DNA from: Candidatus Hodarchaeota archaeon
GTDB lineage: Archaea > Asgardarchaeota > Heimdallarchaeia > Hodarchaeales > Hodarchaeaceae
Assembly (NCBI GenBank): GCA_016840035.1
Contig: JAEOTC010000121.1
Location: 69,591-133,590, forward strand
DNA length: 64,000 bases
Reading direction: 5' to 3'
The notes beneath the pieces were generated by a model that worked only from the letters and a program-made list of their open reading frames with translations, made no database searches and was not told the origin of the DNA. Shown here one piece after another: positions 49,019 through 57,700 of this stretch (position 1 is the stretch's first letter; each line of letters starts with the position of its first letter). The position numbers and the translations under genes are program-made.

Positions 49019-49591
49019 CTAGAATCTCATTCTATTAGGACTTTTTTCAAGTATTTTGCGGCCAAGAGCAATGAATGCTTCAGAAACGTTATCCCCCGTT
49101 TTTGCAGAAGTTTCAAAATGATCAACTTCGCCAATTTGAGCTTGGAATCTTGGTAGAATGTGTTCGGAGATATATTTCTCTGCCTCTGACGGTGTAATAC
49201 TCGTGGTACTCCGTAAATCTGATTTATTACCGAGAATGTTGATAGTAACTAAGGGTGTTGCCATATGTTGGACGAGCTCTTGTACCCACCCACGAAGATT
49301 GTGAAGTGAATTACGATCGTTTACATCATAAACAATTAATGCTCCGGCAGTATGACGATAGTAAAGGGCACGAATTTGATTAAAAGTAGGTTGGCCTGCT
49401 AAATCCCAAATCTGAAAGCGCATAGACTTTTCTGTATTATTAAAAGGGATAAGTACTTGTGTGGAGGCAAAATCAGCACCAAGAGTGGGCAAATAATCAC
49501 CAGGAACACCTTTTCCCATATATTGATTTCTGAGGGAGGTTTTACCTACTTGCCCATCGCCAAGAAGACAGATTTTTGCGAACACCGTCAT
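49019..49591 (-). CDS. Rab-like small GTPase
   Basis: GDGQVGKT, YLPTLGADF, IWDLAGQ, GNKSDL, FETSAK; starts 17 bp after the giant membrane-protein gene. Confidence 0.95.
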   Translation of the reverse strand: MTVFAKICLLGDGQVGKTSLRNQYMGKGVPGDYLPTLGADFASTQVLIPFNNTEKSMRFQIWDLAGQPTFNQIRALYYRHTAGALIVYDVNDRNSLHNLRGWVQELVQHMATPLVTINILGNKSDLRSTTSITPSEAEKYISEHILPRFQAQIGEVDHFETSAKTGDNVSEAFIALGRKILEKSPNRMRF

Positions 49592-49608
49592 TGAGTATCA
49601 TCACAAGC

Positions 49609-52600
49609 CTATCCCTCATTCTGAGGAACTAGAATTTGAACTTTCTCATCAATTCCATTCCAAAAGGTATCATATTCTAATTCAATGGGAAAGTCGACAA
49701 ATCTGCTTATTATTGTCTTGGCGTTAGAGTAGAAAGTGAATCCAGTAAATCTTTGAGAAGTCTCAGAGATATGCTTATCACACTGCTTTAAGAGAGATTT
49801 TACACTCTTTGCGGAGGAAGGTCTACTAAAAGCGGTTACGACTAAGATCTTAATGGCCCTTAGAGCATCTTTGGAAATTGGAAATTTATCAACATTTTTA
49901 GCCAGTGTACGTTCGATTTCCTTTACTCTCAATAAATCAATCTGAAATGGCCGTAATAAATCGATAGGTAGGTGTTTCCTCATAATATTCTGAACTTGTG
50001 GTGCCATAATTGCTTCATCGACAATACCTAGATCAGTGAGCTGTAGTTTTCGCTCGAGATCGCTACTAATTTTAACAAAAGATGTTCGGATGAATTCGTT
50101 TGGAATCTCTCTAAGGAATACAAATATTCGATATGTTTCTGATCCAAGAATCAAGATTTGAACTTCATTTTGTTCAATTAAACTTACTTTTACGTCACCT
50201 GGTTGTTGAGGAGGTCTAAATTCTGGATTAGATTGAATTTGGGTCATGAAATCAGACTGAAAGGAGGCGAGGAACGAATCAATTCCAACTGAAAGTCCAC
50301 TTAACGCACCATTCATCGAATCACTAGATTGATATATAATATTTGTCGTGGTTAATATAGGTACTCCCGCTGAGGATGAAACAAGAATGGTATACGTATT
50401 AGATAAGAATGAAAGCTTATCCTGAAGACTTTGTTTGAATTGCTTCGCGATTCGTCTTCTTCGTCGTACAGAAAGGGTAATTGAACCAAATACACTAACG
50501 ACAATAAGTACTCCGATTCCAACCAGTACTAGTGTTTCTAGAGGAATGCCTGACAGGCCATTACCACCAGCTATGATAGTAGTCCCTTCTGTAGGGCCAT
50601 TATATACAGAAAATGATGTTCCATCGAATGCCACGATATTCCAATATAAAATACCAGAAGTTTTAATGGATAGATGGCCGATATAATGTGTTCCATTATT
50701 AATCATCAATACCAATTCATATCCGTCATCAAACTGACTTCCTTTACCAGCATCAAGGGAATAATAGAGAGTTACGTTGTGAATACCCGTACCCCAATCT
50801 GTTACTCTTGCCCAGAAACGAATCTCAGTACTATTCAAGGATTCATATCCAACAGAATGGAATTCTGGTGACCATTGATCATCAATATGTAGATTGGGAA
50901 TTGCGAGAATTTCGGCATTGTAGTACCCATAAAACACTCCCAAGTCTACTAAAATTAAGGTAAAGGAATAATCATGATGATACTCTACACTTACTATCAT
51001 AGAGTGGTTTCTCCCTTCTTTATTCATAGTAACATTTTCAAAAATCACTGTACTTGTATTCAAGTCAATTATTGTAAGTGATACGTTCTCTTCTTGATGA
51101 TCAAAAATATCTCGAACTGTTACCCAAACTTTAATTCTACCAGAATCTGAGTCCATAATTTCGATTCCATACAGATCTTCATCAAATGTGGCAGGGCTGA
51201 AGTCTTTTAATTGAACCATAGAATAGCTACTTGTTACATTATTAAACCATTCATCAATGACAATTATACGATACTGAAGGGTCGTATTTGGTATGAGAGT
51301 CAATTTGAATTCGTACCTCTCGTCCGCTTGGATCATTGTGGTTGAATAATTTAACCATTGAGAGTCCTCTAAGATCGCATACTCAAGTAGGACCTCTGAT
51401 ATTTCACCAAAAGGATCCTGTGCAACAGTAGAAAATATTACTTCTGTAGATATGTGATTTATTTGTGTTTCATTATAACTGGGGTTAGAAAGGAATATAG
51501 GGGGTGTTTCATCAGTAATTTTGTAAAGTAACAGTCCTGTGGATGCAATATTCTGTGCATTGTCATAAACAGTGATGTTGTACGTTATGGCATCTCGGGG
51601 TTCGCGTCCATCTATTTTGTAACAGAAAAAGTTACCTGTACTATTCCATTCCATATTTACTGAAATTTCATGGATAAAAGCCCAATTTAAAAGAACTGAA
51701 GAATTATCCATAAGTAATCCACTCCCATTATTTCCATCGCGTACTTCTGTCCATATTATAAGTGTTCCATTTTGGAATTCGGTTATCCCATAACCTACAA
51801 TAGAAGGAGGTGCCACATCTTGAGAAAGAATTGATTTATTAATAATTCCTTGATTTCCTCCCAAATCATTTACCCAGACGGTAAAAGTGACCTCTTCTTG
51901 ATAGGGATAGGAAAAAGTGTGACTATATGTTGAAAATGGATAAAATGCTGGGTCATACGTCATTGTTCCTGAAAACGAACCTGAAAGTGAACTAATATTG
52001 ATGTAAAAAGTATTGTTCACAAAGATTTGCTCTCCATACGGATCGACAGCACGAGCTTGAACGGTTACTTCCCCATCATTTGTTGTAGAATTAATTAATG
52101 TAAGAGTAATCTCTGGAGCGATTGAGTCAGATAATGAAAGACTTTTAGCAGTATCCAAAGGAGATTCTATTGAATTATTAGCAGCATCAACTGCTGTAGC
52201 ATAGTACCACACATCTTGGGTTTGATAAGGAAAATTTGGATATCTGTACCAATATAATGTCTCTGACATTTGAATCATTGAAAAATTCATCCAATCAACA
52301 GCAAAGTAGTCGTCGGTAAATAAGATGTATGCGATTGTATCATTATTCGGCCAATCATTAACATTTGAATAAAAGTCAAGAGTTCCATTCCCATATTCAA
52401 AAGCCCAAAATGCAATATTTGGGATTGTGTTATCATTTATTGAGAAAGGACCTCGCCCAGAGCTATAAACAAAATTGTTAGCAATATCTACTGCTTTCAC
52501 CCAATATTTAATTGAGTCATTATAATCAAATGTATCTTGGTAAGTGAATGTAATTTCACCGATTTGGGTCATATTCCTGGTATCATTTACCCCGTTGATT

Positions 52601-54468
52601 TCTAGGATGAGTTGAACATTACTCCCATTTACTCCACTCTGGTGAGGATTCCAATCATCAATATTTACGTCAAACTCAACATATCCCTCATCATGGTTGG
52701 AAAATGTGTCACTTAAGGCCGAGATTCTTGGTGACACTGTATCACTAGGAGTAATATTCTTCAATGGAAAGAGTACTGGCCATTGACGAGAACCATTTTC
52801 GTTACCAACCTGATCGAATACAGAATAAACTGTGTAATTCAGTTCGATACCATAATCAAACAAACCTCTGTAAATCCAAAGACAGGAAGAGTCTTGATAC
52901 ATCTCATAATATTCGGAATTTACCTGTAGGATAATTGGAGGTTGAATTCCGCTTTCATCAGTTGCATTGACGACAAACTTAACAGTGCTATTACCATATT
53001 CAAATGCAAGATAACTCCAAATAATAGGATCATCAGGGTCATCAAGATTGATATGTCGTAAAGGAGAAGCAATAAAATTCCCTGCAGTATCTTCAGCAAG
53101 TATATTATAACTAATGGTAATATTTATTAAATTGCTTAGAGTATCTAATGCGGTTTGATTGTGATAAGTAATCCCTGAATATAGAATCATTGTGAAAGGC
53201 TGTGAAGAATTTATTTCATCATCATTCGAGGTATGATTGTAAGCTGTTAGGTTGAGATGCACATACGATAAATTGCTAAAATCAGCCACATCGGCAAAAA
53301 AGGTTAAAGAAGTTCTATTGAATGTTATATCTAGGATTTCGGGTGGTTCTTCATCAATGAATTTATCAATTACGATTGAATAATCGTACGACATTGTTTT
53401 CATATAGGTTCGTGTAGGTACGATTGCTAAATTTGCATACGTATCATTAACAATTGTTCTATAATTCACTGTGAGGTTATATTTTCCCCAAGGAATGTTT
53501 GAAAATCTAACTTGACCTGTTATTGTGGTGTTTTGTATCCATGTATTTGATGAATTCATTGTATCTGTGAGATTAACTAGGGCATTTTCGATATTATAAC
53601 CATCCAGATCCTTAACATTTACATTTAAGGTAGCATTTCCCGGAATATCGTCGTATAAGATCCAAAATAAAGCTTTCTTATACCAATTCCAGGTATCTAC
53701 ATTGAAGCGATCAGTTTCGGGAATCCCCCAAAAAATCCGTCGTTCAGGTGAAGAAGTGTTGAACCAATCTTGACCATTCTTCTCGAGAACAGCGATAGCT
53801 GCATAGTCTGTCCTAGCTAGATATGCAAGCTGTAAAATATCACAACCAGCGGGAAGTTTATTGTAATCTTTTAAATAAGTTAAATCTTCCCAAGCGGGGG
53901 TATAAACCTCAACACTTGATTCAGGAATATGATCCTCCAAAATATAATGTGAAACTGGTAATAATTCTACATTTGTGTCCCATTTGTGGTAATATTTCGT
54001 GGGAGCACCTAATCCAAAGTCATCCCCATGACCAGGTTCCATAGTGAGGATTGGAATGGAAGCAGTCGAGAGAGTTTCAACAGTACCCTCTTCTGCTACA
54101 GATCTGGAGATAACCACCACATCATAACTATTAATATTATAGGAATCATTTGCTGTATGATACGTAACATTAAATCCAAGGTCTACGGTCATGTAATCAT
54201 AGAATGCGATATCATGAATTGCATCTAGTGCTGTATCATCACCTACTAGAAATAAAACTGCTGGTGATTGAAATGATTGCAATTTAAAGGATAAATCGTC
54301 AACAAAATCCGGAATTGTGGAATTAAATGTGGTATTTGGAGAATTTAACACTGGAACCAAAATATTATCAGTGTCTGCCAAATTATGTTTTAGATTAGGA
54401 TCATAAAGGGTGAAAACATTCAGTAAAAAGAGAAAAATTATAATAGAAGATAGAGTACGCCGAATCAC
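49609..54468 (-). CDS. Giant type-I membrane protein: signal peptide, Ig-like repeat ectodomain, one TM helix, cytoplasmic longin-like domain
   Basis: N-terminal signal; about 9 DxxxP-initiated repeats; TM followed by RRRRR; ~280-aa cytoplasmic tail homologous to that of 54713..60436. Confidence 0.85.
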   Translation of the reverse strand: MIRRTLSSIIIFLFLLNVFTLYDPNLKHNLADTDNILVPVLNSPNTTFNSTIPDFVDDLSFKLQSFQSPAVLFLVGDDTALDAIHDIAFYDYMTVDLGFNVTYHTANDSYNINSYDVVVISRSVAEEGTVETLSTASIPILTMEPGHGDDFGLGAPTKYYHKWDTNVELLPVSHYILEDHIPESSVEVYTPAWEDLTYLKDYNKLPAGCDILQLAYLARTDYAAIAVLEKNGQDWFNTSSPERRIFWGIPETDRFNVDTWNWYKKALFWILYDDIPGNATLNVNVKDLDGYNIENALVNLTDTMNSSNTWIQNTTITGQVRFSNIPWGKYNLTVNYRTIVNDTYANLAIVPTRTYMKTMSYDYSIVIDKFIDEEPPEILDITFNRTSLTFFADVADFSNLSYVHLNLTAYNHTSNDDEINSSQPFTMILYSGITYHNQTALDTLSNLINITISYNILAEDTAGNFIASPLRHINLDDPDDPIIWSYLAFEYGNSTVKFVVNATDESGIQPPIILQVNSEYYEMYQDSSCLWIYRGLFDYGIELNYTVYSVFDQVGNENGSRQWPVLFPLKNITPSDTVSPRISALSDTFSNHDEGYVEFDVNIDDWNPHQSGVNGSNVQLILEINGVNDTRNMTQIGEITFTYQDTFDYNDSIKYWVKAVDIANNFVYSSGRGPFSINDNTIPNIAFWAFEYGNGTLDFYSNVNDWPNNDTIAYILFTDDYFAVDWMNFSMIQMSETLYWYRYPNFPYQTQDVWYYATAVDAANNSIESPLDTAKSLSLSDSIAPEITLTLINSTTNDGEVTVQARAVDPYGEQIFVNNTFYINISSLSGSFSGTMTYDPAFYPFSTYSHTFSYPYQEEVTFTVWVNDLGGNQGIINKSILSQDVAPPSIVGYGITEFQNGTLIIWTEVRDGNNGSGLLMDNSSVLLNWAFIHEISVNMEWNSTGNFFCYKIDGREPRDAITYNITVYDNAQNIASTGLLLYKITDETPPIFLSNPSYNETQINHISTEVIFSTVAQDPFGEISEVLLEYAILEDSQWLNYSTTMIQADERYEFKLTLIPNTTLQYRIIVIDEWFNNVTSSYSMVQLKDFSPATFDEDLYGIEIMDSDSGRIKVWVTVRDIFDHQEENVSLTIIDLNTSTVIFENVTMNKEGRNHSMIVSVEYHHDYSFTLILVDLGVFYGYYNAEILAIPNLHIDDQWSPEFHSVGYESLNSTEIRFWARVTDWGTGIHNVTLYYSLDAGKGSQFDDGYELVLMINNGTHYIGHLSIKTSGILYWNIVAFDGTSFSVYNGPTEGTTIIAGGNGLSGIPLETLVLVGIGVLIVVSVFGSITLSVRRRRRIAKQFKQSLQDKLSFLSNTYTILVSSSAGVPILTTTNIIYQSSDSMNGALSGLSVGIDSFLASFQSDFMTQIQSNPEFRPPQQPGDVKVSLIEQNEVQILILGSETYRIFVFLREIPNEFIRTSFVKISSDLERKLQLTDLGIVDEAIMAPQVQNIMRKHLPIDLLRPFQIDLLRVKEIERTLAKNVDKFPISKDALRAIKILVVTAFSRPSSAKSVKSLLKQCDKHISETSQRFTGFTFYSNAKTIISRFVDFPIELEYDTFWNGIDEKVQILVPQNEG

Positions 54469-54712
54469 CTTTAATCATCCAAAAAAAGCATTCGAGAATG
54501 AGTAAGAACCACTTACATTCGAATAAATTCGCTACTGTATTTTAAAAATAACTAAATAAAATATTAGAATAAGAACGAATATTCAAGAGAATTTATAAAC
54601 CAATAATGATGCTTTTTAACAATTAAATTAACTTTGATGATTGGATACTGTACATATTCCATTTTTCTGGCTGAAATGTAGATTTGATGTCATTTAAACA
54701 AAAAACTAATCA

Positions 54713-57700
54713 TTAAAATGGAACGAGAATATTAACCCGATCATCAATGCCCATCCATAAAGCCTCACTTACATCTTTCAAAGGAAATCCCCCTACTTGT
54801 TCAAGAATCCTCATCACATCGGAATAAAGAAAGATACCCGAATAGCTTTGAGGATAATTTGCGATAGTTTGGGGATATAATCTCAGTAGGGCCTGTTTTG
54901 TACTACTCGTGGTAGGTGGAGTTAGACTAGTGACCACTAGGAACTTTAAGACATTCAAAGCGGGTTTGGAAATTAATGAGTCCGTATCTTTTTGTTTCAC
55001 TATTGAATCAAAGTACTCTAATCTTTCGAGATCAATTTTAAAAGGCGATAATAATCCAATTGGTAAATATTTTCGCAAAATTCTTCGGATATTTGGTCCT
55101 AAAAGATCTTCATTAATTACACCCGTGTCATATAACGCCAGATTTTGCTGTATATCTTTAATGACTTTTAAGAATGTATTTCGGAGAAAAGAGGAGGGAA
55201 CTTCTTTTAAGAATACAAAAATCCTATAAGACACAGAACCAAGGATCATAATTTGGATTTGATTTTGCTCAATAACACTTAGACGATAACTAGTTTCTGC
55301 TTCAGGATGATCACGTGAAAGATTGATATCAGACATCTGTGACATAAAATCAGCCTGGAACGATTCAAGGAAGGCATCGATTCCAACAGATAACCCACTT
55401 AGAGTACCCGTTAAGGATTCATCGGCTTGATAGAGGATATTACTTTGATTCCAAATAGGTACACCTGCAGCGGAAGTGACAAGAATCGTATATGTATCAG
55501 TTAAGAAAGAAAGTTTTTCTTCAGTCGCTTTCAAAACAGATGCTTTCTTTTCTTGTCTTTGACGATAAAGCAGTAGACCTCCACTAAAGGTCAGAAAAGC
55601 GGCAACTATTAAACTGACAAAAATAACCATCAGTTCTGGAGGGATACCAGTGAAAATTACCTCCTCTTCAATTTCAACTTCAAATATGTCAGAATAAACC
55701 GCATTATTTTTGTTTCCCAAAGAATCTTCTGTTCCAACGGAGTATGTGAGATTACTATCTGTGGTGAATTCGTGAATTATAACTGCTATATATAAGGATA
55801 CAAACCCAGTCTTATTTACAAACTCCATAATGAGTGTTTGACTGGTTAAAATAGAACCAATTCCAACTGAAGATTTATTTGTGATTGTATAAGTTAAAAT
55901 TATCTCTGTGATTTGGGAAACTCTTTCCTCGACATATGCGTATATTGTGATATTAGTAGGATTAGTGGGGTGATTTTTAACAGGAATCGTGTATAGAACG
56001 CGTGGAGGGACTTTGTCTTCAACGGTAAAATTGAAATTTGCTGAACACATTATGTGAAAAACTCGTTGGCCAAATTCATGACTTGTAGTGGCATAAATGA
56101 TAACTTGGATATCCAGATCCAATAATGCGATTCCCTCAAAACGTAAGTACCATTTATTTCCCGTTTGTCGTGTTGTGTTCAACATAAAAGAGGTTCCATT
56201 TGGTAAAATGAAGTCGTACCTTACAACAAGTGTATTAGAACTACTGATGTCCGAGACAATTGCTGTGATATTATATCGACAGTCCATGGTGAGGTCAATT
56301 GATTCTGAAGCATAACTAATAATTGGCTTGCTTAGAATCTTTATTTGACTCGTAATGAATTCAGTACCAGTATCGTTTCCATCAGAAGGAGTGAGGATAG
56401 CATACCAAATTTCTTCTGTTTCCGTAGCTGTATAAGGAATTATCGTTTGATTTTCAAATTCGAGCATCTCAATCCAAGAAGAATTTGGAAATATCTTTAT
56501 CCATTGAATTTTAGTAAAATCAGAGTCAAAATCAGCATCAAAGAAGCCATAAGTAAGATTGATATCTTCATTCTCTGCATAAAATTCATCTATTCTTTCA
56601 TTTGGGATTATAAAAGTACTCGAGTTATCAAACATGAATTGGGAATTATATATTGTGGGAGGAGTATTCGTAATATTGAGATAGGATAAGATTACTAGAT
56701 TTGACCATTCTGAACCATCGAATACTCTGAGGGTTGCATACCATGATTGATCTCTTAAGAGGAATTCTGATCCAATCTCCTGTGTACTGTTGCCTAAATC
56801 AGCTCTAAGAGAATAATTACCATCCGTTGCGAAATACCATAAAATCTCAATGTCAAGAATTCCATCGGAATCGATATCGTAAATATCATAATGTAGGAAT
56901 AAGTTAACACTTCTAAAGGTAGAATTAATAAGCTCTAGACCAAAGCTTCCATTTGTATAACCATATGATCTGACTTCAGGTCTAGTGTTTAATATTTCAA
57001 TCTCCGAAGAATTAACCCAGGCACCAAAAGTTCTCCATCCATCTCTTGGCTGTACACTAACAATCCAGATATCACCTTTAGTCAAATATTGTGGATCTAC
57101 CACGATCCAGTCTGGTCCACTGAAGATTAGTTGATTATTTCTGTACCAACGATAATTACTACCGATCACATATCCATTAGAATCTAGTTCAATCTCATAA
57201 GAAGGATTTTCCCCCTGATCAGGGTCTGTAGCAGTATAATTGACCTTTAAAAATGCGCTTGCAGTGAAATTGGGTCCTCCTTGTGGATTAAAGATGTTTG
57301 GATTCCCTATCAAATACGGTGCGGAATTACCAACAACAATAAACCCATTAGGGAATAGTGAGGAATCAACAGCTAATCCATACCCATCTCCGTCATGAGG
57401 TGTGATGGTACAAGTTATTAAATCTCCAGCAGTAATCCAAGAACTTGGTAAGGTAACAGTCGTAGGTGGATTTAGAATAAAATGATCTATATGGAATATT
57501 CTCCAGCTAATTTGGGTTTGTACTGATTCTGAATCACCATCGATATCGACGAAATCATAAGAAATTATTACATCAGTACTGGTATTTATTCCCCCTGTTA
57601 TCGTAACATTCTCAATCGATGGGATAGAATTACTTATTGATAATCCAGGCTGAAGAGATATAGGAAGTGACCAATCTGAACCATCATATAACCAAACTTG